Shown: in pieces, positions 1-9,267 of the stretch
Layout of the letters: each line of letters starts with the position of its first letter
How positions within the stretch are numbered: position 1 is the first letter of the stretch
IMG/VR virus record: IMGVR_UViG_3300020051_001048
Source of the DNA: an uncultured virus (IMG/VR IMGVR_UViG_3300020051_001048)
Taxonomy: Duplodnaviria; Heunggongvirae; Uroviricota; Caudoviricetes
Strand: one strand, 5' to 3'
DNA: 64,000 nucleotides
Translations under genes and position numbers: made by a program
Notes under the pieces: generated by a model
Seen by the model: the letters and a program-made list of their open reading frames with translations, nothing else
Databases searched by the model: none
What the model was told of the DNA's origin: nothing

Positions 1-491
1 TCGACCTAAATGGTGGTAACATCATAAATAAGGTCGGAGACTCTAATTTTAGTGAAGATCAGAGGCAAATTAGTCTTAAAGTAAGAAATCCTAATAACAA
101 CTATGGTAGTTATGAGCTAGAGTTTTTTACCTATTTTAACCTCTTTGTATATAACTATAGAGGTTATAGAACTGTTGGCGCTGATATTCAAACTGGTAGA
201 TTTTATCACTTTTGCGTTTCTTACGACGGAAATATAGATGGTTCTGATAGATATGGGTTGTTTGTAGATGGCGTAAAATATTCGGTGACACCCACTTACA
301 CGCAGGGATCTTGGGGCAATATTCAGTCTGGTACAGCTAGACTGGCGATTGGCGCACAAATAGGTGCGTCATCTAGCTCTCCAATCGGTCTTAGTGACGC
401 AAGTATTGGGAATCTTTCAATCTACAACCGCGCCCTATCCGCCAAAGAAGTCCTCCAAAATTACGAAGCCACCAAAGGGAGGTACGCATAA
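1..491 (+). CDS. LamG/concanavalin-A-like lectin virion protein, 5'-truncated
   Basis: Frame of ORF 258..491 is open back to the window edge; ends with the family C-terminal motif IYNRALSAKEVLQNYEATKGRY. Confidence 0.85.
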   Translation, partial: DLNGGNIINKVGDSNFSEDQRQISLKVRNPNNNYGSYELEFFTYFNLFVYNYRGYRTVGADIQTGRFYHFCVSYDGNIDGSDRYGLFVDGVKYSVTPTYTQGSWGNIQSGTARLAIGAQIGASSSSPIGLSDASIGNLSIYNRALSAKEVLQNYEATKGRYA

Positions 492-577
492 TGGGTATCG
501 CATACGGAACTACTACGCTTCATCAAGCAACTAAAGGTATCGTTAAGGAGAATAAATATGAGTCACGATCAGTTTGA
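491..577 (+). pseudogene. Possible collapsed relic of a LamG gene (28 aa, MGIAYGTTTLHQATKGIVKENKYESRSV)
   Basis: TAATG coupling like the neighbouring LamG genes; LamG-type MGIAYG start followed directly by the C-terminal ATKG motif. Confidence 0.4.
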
Positions 578-830
578 CCACAGACATTACGTGGTAATTT
601 CAGCGGACGACGTGCCGCTAATTGATTTTAGTCAGGTTATGGAAACGTCCGCAGAGACCTTGAGGTTCAGTGTAGACGGCACCTTGACCTTTGTAAAGTA
701 TGAGGGCGACATGCCTTCAAGTGTAACGGCTTGCCCCAGCAAGAGCCAAGAATACTCGCACGACGAGATTCTGGCGATTCTTAATGCGGAAGATCAAGTC
801 TGGTGGGAACCAATGGAGGAAATGCCGTAA
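558..830 (+). CDS. Small acidic phage protein within the LamG gene array (possible fibre chaperone)
   Basis: AAGGAG RBS; 90 aa; IDFSQVMETSAETLRFSVDGTLTFVKY motif of a type seen beside phage LamG genes. Confidence 0.7.
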   Translation: MSHDQFDHRHYVVISADDVPLIDFSQVMETSAETLRFSVDGTLTFVKYEGDMPSSVTACPSKSQEYSHDEILAILNAEDQVWWEPMEEMP

Positions 831-1552
831 TGGGTTTGGGTCACAGTCCTCGTATTGTTACAGACGGTTTGGTTCTGTGTTTAGATGCGGCTAACGCTAG
901 AAGTTATCCGGGTACGGGGACTACGTGGACCGACCGCTCTGGGAACGGGAATCATGGTACGCTAAATAATATGGATGCTTCTAATTTTAGTAGCGATAAC
1001 GGTGGAAGTTTGACTTTCGACGGAACTAATGAAAAAGTAAACTGTGGAAATTTTCTATCTGACGCACAAAGCGCTCTGTCTATTTGCGTTTGGTTTAAGC
1101 CTTCTTATGTGCCATCTGGAGCGCAATCGCCTTTTCGACTGGTATCTAGATATTTCGGCACCGGCCTGACAGCAGGCATTGTCGTACTTGATACTTACGG
1201 CGTTACTGGCGTCGATGGTGCTAGATTCGGTATTAGTAATTCATCTAATACTTATTATCAGGCTAAAGCAGACTCTGTTCTGGAAGCTAAATGGTTGTTC
1301 TATGTTGGGACTTTTAGTCAAGCAAATTCAAAAATCAAAATCTACAAGAACGCTCAAGAACTAGCATCCACAAATACTAGCGGCACTATTGGAGCATATA
1401 ATTATCCTTGGACGATTGGTGAAGATAATACAACCGCTTCAGTTCAAGAGTGGTTTGACGGCAATATGGCAAGCGTCTCGATCTACAACCGCGCGCTCAC
1501 GGCTGATGAAATCAGGCGAAACTATGAAGCAACAAAAGGGAGGTACGAATAA
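830..1552 (+). CDS. LamG/concanavalin-A-like lectin virion protein
   Basis: Start moved to ATG 830 (TAATG overlap); PRIVTDGLVLCLDAA..RSYPGTGTTW N-terminus and YNRALTADEIRRNYEATKGRY C-terminus. Confidence 0.88.
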   Translation: MGLGHSPRIVTDGLVLCLDAANARSYPGTGTTWTDRSGNGNHGTLNNMDASNFSSDNGGSLTFDGTNEKVNCGNFLSDAQSALSICVWFKPSYVPSGAQSPFRLVSRYFGTGLTAGIVVLDTYGVTGVDGARFGISNSSNTYYQAKADSVLEAKWLFYVGTFSQANSKIKIYKNAQELASTNTSGTIGAYNYPWTIGEDNTTASVQEWFDGNMASVSIYNRALTADEIRRNYEATKGRYE

Positions 1553-2268
1553 TGGGATGCAGTTCTGGTCCTGATGTTGTCGAAGACGGCCTTATGTTTT
1601 TTGTAGATGCGGGTAGCAAGCGCAGTTATCCCGGAACGGGGACGACTTGGACTGATATGGTTAGTGGGAATGGCGGCGGACTAAATAATATGGACGCTTC
1701 TAATTTTAGTAATGATTATGGCGGCGTGTTTAATTTTGATGGCACCAATGAGACCGTACATTTTGGTAACATTGGCGCAATGCCTGACGATGGTTGTATT
1801 TCTTTCTGGATGTATTCTACTTCTGTCCAAAACTATAGAAATATACTCCACACCAGTTACGCAACAAATGGAAATGCTGGTGTTAGATTTGAGCAATATG
1901 ATAATTATGGGGGTAATGCGTTTGGGGTTATAAAAGGAAATGACTCCGGCACTTATGATTTTCTTCAATATTCAACAGACGGTCTAGTTAATGGTTTGTT
2001 ATCGGAAAATACTTGGTACAATATGGCGGCGACATGGAGTAAATCAAATAACAGAATGACTGGATACATGAACGGATTTAAAAGCGCCTCCATATCTACT
2101 AACTCTAGTCGTTGGGCAACTAGTTTTGGCAGTTTTTATATTGGTGTGGGTTATAATAGCACTAGACATTTTCAGGGTAAAATATCAAATGTCTCTTGCT
2201 ATTCTAAAGAATTAACTGCTGACGAAGTTCGTAAGAATTACCTATCGACCAAGCAGAGATATGAATGA
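1552..2268 (+). CDS. LamG/concanavalin-A-like lectin virion protein (paralogue)
   Basis: Same N- and C-terminal motifs as 830..1552; TAATG overlap. Confidence 0.88.
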   Translation: MGCSSGPDVVEDGLMFFVDAGSKRSYPGTGTTWTDMVSGNGGGLNNMDASNFSNDYGGVFNFDGTNETVHFGNIGAMPDDGCISFWMYSTSVQNYRNILHTSYATNGNAGVRFEQYDNYGGNAFGVIKGNDSGTYDFLQYSTDGLVNGLLSENTWYNMAATWSKSNNRMTGYMNGFKSASISTNSSRWATSFGSFYIGVGYNSTRHFQGKISNVSCYSKELTADEVRKNYLSTKQRYE

Positions 2269-2293
2269 GTTTCTTACGGTTAACCCTAAATAT

Positions 2294-2302
2294 GTGTATA
2301 AT
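2294..2302 (+). promoter_or_regulatory. Putative phage late promoter GTGTATAAT
   Basis: Intergenic; identical 9-mer at 8028 and 48628 before major structural genes. Confidence 0.7.
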
Positions 2303-2307
2303 TAAAT

Positions 2308-2559
2308 ATGTTTATAGGTAGTTGTCTAAACGAATTTCCTATTAGCACGTCTGAAGAGATGACCCAGACGTACAACGGAGATGATATAGAATACGTTATT
2401 TATATAGATCAGGGGATTTCTAGGGAAGTTTTTATAGAGCAACAAAAACCTATAGATGTGTATATTAAACAGGACGAGGATTATCCTGTGTTCATAAATC
2501 AGCAGCAAACTTACGACATATACGTAGATCAACAAATTCAATTTACACTGGAAAATTAA
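2308..2559 (+). CDS. Small 10-residue-repeat protein, probably virion-associated
   Basis: 83 aa; five tandem 10-aa repeats ending [VI][YF][IV]xQ; abuts the next gene. Confidence 0.7.
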   Translation: MFIGSCLNEFPISTSEEMTQTYNGDDIEYVIYIDQGISREVFIEQQKPIDVYIKQDEDYPVFINQQQTYDIYVDQQIQFTLEN

Positions 2560-2871
2560 ATGCCTAGTGAAATACATCAAAATGACATAGGGACTCGATT
2601 TTTACTTACGGTGAAAGATGGGGCTGATCTTGTAGATATATCCGCAGCTACGGCTCTTGAGGTTGACTTTAGAAAGCCAAGCGACACAGTGGTAACGCGA
2701 GCAGCTAGTAGATTTAATGATGGCAGCGCCGTATCAGGTGTTATGTATTATGATGCCGTTATAGGAGATTTGGACGAGGTTGGAAAGTATAAACTACAAG
2801 GAAAAGTCTACCTTTCAAACGGTACTTTTCACACGGACATCCATACATTCCAAGTACACTGTAACCTATAG
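2560..2871 (+). CDS. BppU-N-like Ig-fold virion protein
   Basis: DIGTRFLLTVKD..VDIS..FRKP..GDLDEVGKYKLQ pattern resembling BppU N-terminal domains. Confidence 0.65.
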   Translation: MPSEIHQNDIGTRFLLTVKDGADLVDISAATALEVDFRKPSDTVVTRAASRFNDGSAVSGVMYYDAVIGDLDEVGKYKLQGKVYLSNGTFHTDIHTFQVHCNL

Positions 2872-2879
2872 GGGTAGTT

Positions 2880-3401
2880 ATGAGCTGGCAAGGTCAAATG
2901 TCTACGATTGTTAGATACCTTATTAACGACACCGATTCAGAAAATTACAGCTTTAGTGATAATAGGCTTGAAACAAGTATACTAGTAGCTGCGCAATTGG
3001 TTATATCAGAAGTTGACTTTGCTAATGCTTATAGCATTAATGTGGAGTCCTGTTTATTATCACCCGACCCAACGGATGCAGCAACAAAAGACAATGACTT
3101 TATAACTTTGGTATCTTTAAAGTCTGCGTGTATAATCTTAGGTGGAGAAGTTAAAAAAGAAGCCGCAAATGCAGTTTCGATTAAAGACGGGGTTTCTGCT
3201 ATTGATACACGGGGGATTGCCCAAACATTATTAGTCTTACACAAAGACATGTGTTCTAAATACGAAGAGGCAGTATTTAACTACGAATCTGGAGAGTCTT
3301 CAAGTAACGGACAGGCGATACTAAGTCCGTATTCTCCGGGTTCAGATTTTATAACGAGAAACAATACCGATCATAGATCTGGTGGATATTTTAATTACTA
3401 G
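2880..3401 (+). CDS. Putative head-tail adaptor
   Basis: 173 aa; IVRYLIND...FSDNRL N-terminus typical of adaptor proteins; lies before the neck/tail genes. Confidence 0.55.
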   Translation: MSWQGQMSTIVRYLINDTDSENYSFSDNRLETSILVAAQLVISEVDFANAYSINVESCLLSPDPTDAATKDNDFITLVSLKSACIILGGEVKKEAANAVSIKDGVSAIDTRGIAQTLLVLHKDMCSKYEEAVFNYESGESSSNGQAILSPYSPGSDFITRNNTDHRSGGYFNY

Positions 3402-3410
3402 GAGAGAAAA

Positions 3411-4352
3411 ATGCCTACAATAAGAAGTTCTGGAGATATTATAGCGAGTATTTCTTCGGAGTTAGCAGATAATAATGCAGGACTTATTTCTGCTTACGAT
3501 GTTCGTCATAATATGGAAGATACAGTAGCTTCTATATCTAGAATTGTAGCGAGTGGTGACACACAAACTGAGTACCCATTCTATAACAATGTAACGATTA
3601 GACATATTCCGGGAGATACGAACGGTATTCTTTATGTAGAATCCGGCGTGATGTTCCCAAATAGCGACGAGAATCCAACATTACTTCAAAGAGATCCCTA
3701 TCCCGGAAATAACTCTATAGATCATGGTCAACTAGATGCAAGCAGTTTGTTGGACGATGACCATCCTCAATACATAAACCTAAATGGTGTAAGAGCCATG
3801 AACGCCAATTTTGGCGTTGGTAATGAAAATTGGATTAATAGTTCAGGTTTAGAGAATGGATCGTCCGAAGACAGAGGTATTCAATTTGTTCATCAGGGCG
3901 ATCATGATGATATGTATATTGGCACGTCTGGAAAGCTTGAATTTAATCTAGATAATTCTAAAATAGACAGTTTTCATGGCGTTGCAAAAGCTTGGGTTTC
4001 TTTCTCTGGAGGCGCACCTCCAAGTGTTGATGCCTATTATAATGTGTCAGGTATTCAGAGAATGAGTCAAGGAACTTATAAGATTACATTTAATAGTGGT
4101 ATCTTAGATAATAATAATTATGTCGCTATCGCCAACAGTAATGGCTTAGGCGACAATATCAATGAGGCTTCTATGCAGCCTAATACCGTTGGTCTTTTGC
4201 GACGAGAAGGTGACGACGGAACGTCTTTGAGAAGTATTTACTTCAGGGTAGAGCAAGACGATGGCGATTTGGTTGATGCCTCTCAGAACGATCTTGTTGT
4301 TTTTGGTTATGATCTTGGATCTTCTTCTGGAACACCCCCGACTGTAGCTTAG
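3411..4352 (+). CDS. Virion fibre/appendage protein
   Basis: GGAG RBS; HGQL..LLDDDHPQY and VAKAWVSF..YNVSGI..GTYKITF motifs seen in phage fibre proteins. Confidence 0.65.
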   Translation: MPTIRSSGDIIASISSELADNNAGLISAYDVRHNMEDTVASISRIVASGDTQTEYPFYNNVTIRHIPGDTNGILYVESGVMFPNSDENPTLLQRDPYPGNNSIDHGQLDASSLLDDDHPQYINLNGVRAMNANFGVGNENWINSSGLENGSSEDRGIQFVHQGDHDDMYIGTSGKLEFNLDNSKIDSFHGVAKAWVSFSGGAPPSVDAYYNVSGIQRMSQGTYKITFNSGILDNNNYVAIANSNGLGDNINEASMQPNTVGLLRREGDDGTSLRSIYFRVEQDDGDLVDASQNDLVVFGYDLGSSSGTPPTVA

Positions 4353-4362
4353 TAGGTAAATT

Positions 4363-5469
4363 ATGCCAAATGTAAATCCATCACTAACAGACAGAGTAAA
4401 ACAAGTATCTAGAACAACGGGCTTCGACCAGTTTTGTTTAGAAGAGACACCTAATGGTTTCAGTAGCTTCGGTAAATACTTTGCTTCTGGAGATACGGTA
4501 TTCTACGCTGCTTCGGACGGTTCAGATTATGAAGTAGGTTCTGGTACATTTGTTAGAGATGCAACCCCCAAAGATTATATCTACAGAACAGCTATTTTTA
4601 ATAGTAGCAATTCTGATAATAAGGTAAATTTTTACTCTGGCTTAAAAGAGGTGTACTTAACATACCCCGGAGAAAAGGCTGTATTCACAGCTTATGACAC
4701 ACCCGGAAATAATGAGATAGCGGTATTTGACACAAACCAAATATTAAAAACCGACGCTGGATTCGTTATTGATACTTCCACAAGTAGAATGGGGATAAAT
4801 AATACAACTCCCGTTTCTGCTTTAGATGTTAGTGGTGTTATAACTAATAGCGGTCTTACAATAATTCATAACGGTGTATATTTTAATGCGGTAGACGGCT
4901 CTGGTACTGGTTATCAGAAGGAGCCGTTTATGAGAAATGAGCTGAGTAATAATACTGGAACTGATGCAGTTTTTGACTTTACTGGCTTAGTCTCACAAAG
5001 ATTAGAATTTGTAAAACAGCCTAGAACATATGTTCTTTGTGGTCCATCTGGTGAAGATGTCTTGACTCAAGATTATCCAACCTTTAGACAATTAAGACTA
5101 GACGACATACCCGGTTTATCTGGATTTGTTGTTGATGTTAGCGGTTGGAGTAATCATACTTTTCAGACGGTTGGTAGTGGTTTAACTTTTGACAACAATC
5201 AACTACACACCGCTGGAACCGGCAACTTTAATCAATTACAAACGAACAAAGAAATATCTCAAACATACCCTCAAGTCGTTTCTGATAGTGGAATGTCTAA
5301 TACCATTGTTAACAAAGATGGTTTTTTAACTGTTCCAACTTTCAATTTAGTGGACGATGTGAAGAATCGAATTCCTGCTCAAAACACTGGAGCCATAGCC
5401 TTTGCTACTGGCGATAATTTTATTATGATAGCCAATGGCACAAGTTGGGTTAGTGGTCAATTAACGTAA
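4363..5469 (+). CDS. Virion fibre protein
   Basis: DRVKQVSRTTG..YEVGSGTF..SSNSDNKVNF..KEVYLTYP N-terminal fibre domain; RMGINNTTPVSALDVSG fibre repeat. Confidence 0.7.
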   Translation: MPNVNPSLTDRVKQVSRTTGFDQFCLEETPNGFSSFGKYFASGDTVFYAASDGSDYEVGSGTFVRDATPKDYIYRTAIFNSSNSDNKVNFYSGLKEVYLTYPGEKAVFTAYDTPGNNEIAVFDTNQILKTDAGFVIDTSTSRMGINNTTPVSALDVSGVITNSGLTIIHNGVYFNAVDGSGTGYQKEPFMRNELSNNTGTDAVFDFTGLVSQRLEFVKQPRTYVLCGPSGEDVLTQDYPTFRQLRLDDIPGLSGFVVDVSGWSNHTFQTVGSGLTFDNNQLHTAGTGNFNQLQTNKEISQTYPQVVSDSGMSNTIVNKDGFLTVPTFNLVDDVKNRIPAQNTGAIAFATGDNFIMIANGTSWVSGQLT

Positions 5470-5484
5470 TAATCGGAGAGAAAA

Positions 5485-5934
5485 ATGTCTAACATGAAAG
5501 TGATTAACTCCAATGGATTCAATGAATTCGGTGGGATATCATACACAAACTTAAATGGCAATAGCCAAGCGATATCATCGCAACTATTGAATACTGCGCT
5601 ACCCGATGATGGAAATTATCAATATAGCACAGACCCTTCATTTGTTGCTATTAGTGGTTCAGCCGGTCAAACGGTTCTTGTAAATGGCGTTGACGGATAT
5701 CAAATATCTGTTATGTCATATACTTCTGTTGTTGATTCAAATTCTACCTTCCAGATATTTTCTTCTGGCGATGCTGGTAGAACGCCCCTCAGTGGTCCGT
5801 TGTACTTAGCTGCTAATGGAGGTGTTTCTGCGAATGATAATGAGATTATGTACAGAACACTTCCCGGCGAAAGCTTGGTTGTAGAGAATTTAGCTGGTAA
5901 TTTTGGTGGTCATTTAGCATATAAAATAGGTTAA
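5485..5934 (+). CDS. Hypothetical virion protein
   Basis: GGAG RBS; 149 aa, beta-rich; within the structural operon. Confidence 0.6.
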   Translation: MSNMKVINSNGFNEFGGISYTNLNGNSQAISSQLLNTALPDDGNYQYSTDPSFVAISGSAGQTVLVNGVDGYQISVMSYTSVVDSNSTFQIFSSGDAGRTPLSGPLYLAANGGVSANDNEIMYRTLPGESLVVENLAGNFGGHLAYKIG

Positions 5935-5938
5935 TTTA

Positions 5939-6421
5939 ATGCCAATCTCGATACCTAAAAGCGTTTTTGATAAATATAAAGAGATTATTGATTCTACTAT
6001 CAATGACATATTTGGGGTAACGTGTCAGTTGGTGTTCATTGAAAAGATCGAAGTTATAGATAATTCATTTAATAATATTCCAGATAATAGGTCAGTTAAT
6101 CCCCATAGAAGGAATAATGGAGATTATAGAAGGAATGATAAGGTTATAAAAGAAGTTGAAAAACTTCAAGACATAAAGATGAAGGTTTACTGGGAAAGGA
6201 AAAGCTGGCTAAAAATTGGCGGCAATATAGTAATCCCAGACAATGCAATACAAACTATATTTCTTTCTAAGGACTTAGACAAAGTTCTTAGAGCGAAAGA
6301 GTTAATTGCCCACAAAGAAATTAATGACGACTTAGAACTAAGATTCCAAAAGTGGGGAGAACCCTTTCCGGTTGGGTTCCATAAAGAGAGACATTGGTGT
6401 ATGTTCTGGGAGAGGAACTAA
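5939..6421 (+). CDS. Putative head-closure/stopper neck protein
   Basis: 160 aa; size and synteny only. Confidence 0.45.
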   Translation: MPISIPKSVFDKYKEIIDSTINDIFGVTCQLVFIEKIEVIDNSFNNIPDNRSVNPHRRNNGDYRRNDKVIKEVEKLQDIKMKVYWERKSWLKIGGNIVIPDNAIQTIFLSKDLDKVLRAKELIAHKEINDDLELRFQKWGEPFPVGFHKERHWCMFWERN

Positions 6422-7050
6422 TGCCAATAAGATTAGTAGAAAGTGATTTAAGAATAGAGAAGAAGTTTAAGAAGGCTTTGTCAGAAGAAGTTAAAAAACT
6501 TTTTAATAGAAGTTTAAATAGAATAAGAAATGAGATAAAACGTAAATCTTTTGAGTGGGTTTCTGTACAACCCGAAATATCTAGCTTGCTATCAGAAGGT
6601 GATTCAAGCTCGTTAAATGCTCAGTTTGGGTTATATCCGGGTCAGGCATCTCAGATTATACCAAGTATTATAAATTCAATTGTTGATTCCATAGAAGTTA
6701 AAATAAATCCAATATCGAATACATTAAAGGGTGGTATTATTATTAATTTTCAATCCACCACATTTAGCAATCTATTGGGAGATTTAAGTTACGATGTTAT
6801 CACAGAAAAGGGCATTTCGTTGAATTGGTTAGATTGGTTATTAACTAGAGGAGATGAGGTTATAGTAGTAGGATATTCTTTTGTTCCTAGCAATTTAGGT
6901 AGAGCTGGAGCGGGTACTATGAAGCTTGGGTCTGGTTTTCGTGTTTCCCCTGAGTTTTCTGGTACAATAGAAGATAATTTTATCACAAGAGCATTTAGCA
7001 AAAAAGAACAAGAGATACAAAAAATTATTTTGAGGATCTTAAATGTCTAA
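6421..7050 (+). CDS. Putative neck/tail-completion protein
   Basis: Start at ATG 6421 (TAATG overlap, GAGG RBS); basic, with LNWLDWLL..G and NFITRAF motifs; synteny. Confidence 0.5.
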   Translation: MPIRLVESDLRIEKKFKKALSEEVKKLFNRSLNRIRNEIKRKSFEWVSVQPEISSLLSEGDSSSLNAQFGLYPGQASQIIPSIINSIVDSIEVKINPISNTLKGGIIINFQSTTFSNLLGDLSYDVITEKGISLNWLDWLLTRGDEVIVVGYSFVPSNLGRAGAGTMKLGSGFRVSPEFSGTIEDNFITRAFSKKEQEIQKIILRILNV

Positions 7051-8020
7051 TTATTATAAGCCCCTAAAAGGTATATCAGATATTAAATCGTATACCCTGT
7101 ATAACGAGACACAGGATGCGTTAATTGAATACTTCGACTGGGCTTTACTAGATATTGGTAATTTTTTTAATGTTGAGTTAGGAGAAATTTCTCCTGATGG
7201 CTATGATTATAGTCGCTTGAGAACTACTGGAAGTGGAACTTATAATGTCGGTGAGAGTTGGGAAGGGTTTAGAAAGAATTGGGTGTGGCAAAGTGGTGTT
7301 TCCTACTCGCCTGAGCCACTGGTTGGAACTGATAATGCAAATCCCGGCGTTTCAGGGGTTTACGTTAACGGGGACTTCTACCCAAATAATACTACTGGTG
7401 AGTTTGCACACTATATTGATCATTTTAATGGTAGAGTTATTTTTGACAACCCTATATCTGCTAATTCTATAGTTCAAGCTGAATATAGCTATAAGTGGAT
7501 TAACATTGTTTATGCTTCTAATTTACCTTGGTTAACACAGATACAAAAGGATACTTTAGAGCCAAATTCAAATTTTTACGACAGAGACAGAGGGGTTTGG
7601 AATTTACCGCCAGACTCTAGGTTACAATTACCTGCAATTGCTGTAGAGGTTGTGCCAGTCAGGAAGTTTAAAGGATATCAACTAGGAGGTGGTCAATGGG
7701 TGTATTCCGATGTTATTCTTCATTGCGTAGCTGAAGACGAAGTAACTAGAAATAAATTGTTAGATATAGTTTCTTTACAAAGTGATAAAACTATACCTCT
7801 TTTTGACTCTAATGCTATAAATGACGATTATAAATATCCATTAGATTATAGGGGCGTTCCTGTTTCCGGGGCCTATAGATACCCCGAAATTTTAGAAAAT
7901 TACTATGGCGGTAGTTTGCGGTTGACAAATTGCAATGTCCAACAAATGAAAATGATTGATTCTAATCTATTTGGTGGCATAGTTAGATTTTCTACAGAGG
8001 GTATAAAAACAAATATTTAG
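7043..8020 (+). CDS. Putative tail terminator
   Basis: C-terminal LQLPAIAVE..GYQLGGG..DVILHCVAE motif; directly before the tube gene. Confidence 0.6.
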   Translation: MSNYYKPLKGISDIKSYTLYNETQDALIEYFDWALLDIGNFFNVELGEISPDGYDYSRLRTTGSGTYNVGESWEGFRKNWVWQSGVSYSPEPLVGTDNANPGVSGVYVNGDFYPNNTTGEFAHYIDHFNGRVIFDNPISANSIVQAEYSYKWINIVYASNLPWLTQIQKDTLEPNSNFYDRDRGVWNLPPDSRLQLPAIAVEVVPVRKFKGYQLGGGQWVYSDVILHCVAEDEVTRNKLLDIVSLQSDKTIPLFDSNAINDDYKYPLDYRGVPVSGAYRYPEILENYYGGSLRLTNCNVQQMKMIDSNLFGGIVRFSTEGIKTNI

Positions 8021-8027
8021 TATTTTT

Positions 8028-8036
8028 GTGTATAAT
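8028..8036 (+). promoter_or_regulatory. Putative late promoter GTGTATAAT before the major tail gene
   Basis: In a 51-nt gap, followed by AGGAG RBS and ATG 8072. Confidence 0.75.
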
Positions 8037-8071
8037 TAGTTAGATATAATTTTTTAACAAGGAGACTTAAA

Positions 8072-9190
8072 ATGTCTAATAATCAAAGAATCATTTATTC
8101 TTGCCAAGGTGTAGCTATTACTGCTACTGGACAGGCACCAACAGCTGCCGACATGGTACACGGCGTACAAAGTGTCGGTATCACTACCAACTTCAACCTA
8201 GAGCAAGTTTTTGAACTTGGTCAGATTGAGATTTACGAGAACATCGAAGGTACCCCAGATATTGAAGTTACCTTGGAGAAAGTTCTTGACGGATATCCGT
8301 TGATTTATCTTATGGCTTCTACCGGCGTCACCGGAACGCCCAATAGCGGACTGGTTGCTAGATCCAAACAGCAGTGTGACTTGAGGCTTGGTATTTTCGA
8401 TGAAGCCTCCAACAATATCGCTTCTGCTTCAACCGGTGGTGCTGAAACCCAAGTTACCTGTACGGGTATGTTTATCTCCAGCGTATCTTATACTTTCCCG
8501 GTTGATGGAAACTGCACGGAGAGTGTAACTCTCGTTGGAAATAATAAAACTTGGTTGACAAACGATATGGCAGATGCAGACGTTGCTGATTTTGACGGTG
8601 ACGATTCTCCATTTTCGCTAGTTGCTGGTAGTGGTGGTGTTCAAAGACGTGAAGATATTAGAATGGATTACAGTATCCTTCCTCAGAGTATCTATGGTAC
8701 TAATGGTGGCGGCGCGGGAAATGCTTACAGCAATGGCGAGTTGAATGTTGCTGTTCAGAGCGTTAGTATTAGTACTGACTTCAGCCGTGAAGATATTTTC
8801 GAGCTTGGTAGAAAGACTCCTTTCTATAGACCAGCAGCCTTTCCGGTCGAGGTTACATGTGAAATTGAAGCAATTTCAACGTCTGGCGACTTCGTTGAGG
8901 CGCTCGAAGATGGAGATCCAGCGCTCTTTGAAACTGCTTCTTCGGGTAATAACACCGCTGAAGAAGCTATTTACTTTGCGCTTAGAGGCGGAATGGCTTT
9001 CGACTTAGGCTCCAAGAATAGACTGTCAAGTATTTCTTACGGTGGAGGTGATGCTACCGGTGGTAACGCTTCAAATAGTTACAGCTTCTCTAACTTCAAT
9101 GACTTTGACGTTCTACAGCTTGGTCACAATAGCGAAGGCGTTATGGGTTCAGGTGGAAGCTCAACCGACCTTTGGTCTGTCGGTCAGTAA
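8072..9190 (+). CDS. Major tail tube protein
   Basis: Internally duplicated VQSVxI...E[QD][VI]FELG motif; own promoter and strong RBS; upstream of chaperones and tape measure. Confidence 0.7.
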   Translation: MSNNQRIIYSCQGVAITATGQAPTAADMVHGVQSVGITTNFNLEQVFELGQIEIYENIEGTPDIEVTLEKVLDGYPLIYLMASTGVTGTPNSGLVARSKQQCDLRLGIFDEASNNIASASTGGAETQVTCTGMFISSVSYTFPVDGNCTESVTLVGNNKTWLTNDMADADVADFDGDDSPFSLVAGSGGVQRREDIRMDYSILPQSIYGTNGGGAGNAYSNGELNVAVQSVSISTDFSREDIFELGRKTPFYRPAAFPVEVTCEIEAISTSGDFVEALEDGDPALFETASSGNNTAEEAIYFALRGGMAFDLGSKNRLSSISYGGGDATGGNASNSYSFSNFNDFDVLQLGHNSEGVMGSGGSSTDLWSVGQ

Positions 9191-9267
9191 TTAGTTAGCT
9201 GAGAGTTAGGATAGATATAAGAAAAGGAAAAAAATGCATACATCTACTCCCGCCATGAGGTTTTTTA

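Noticed and set aside
1..2268. Diversity-generating retroelement acting on LamG genes
   Set aside because: No reverse transcriptase and no TR/VR pair differing only at adenines.
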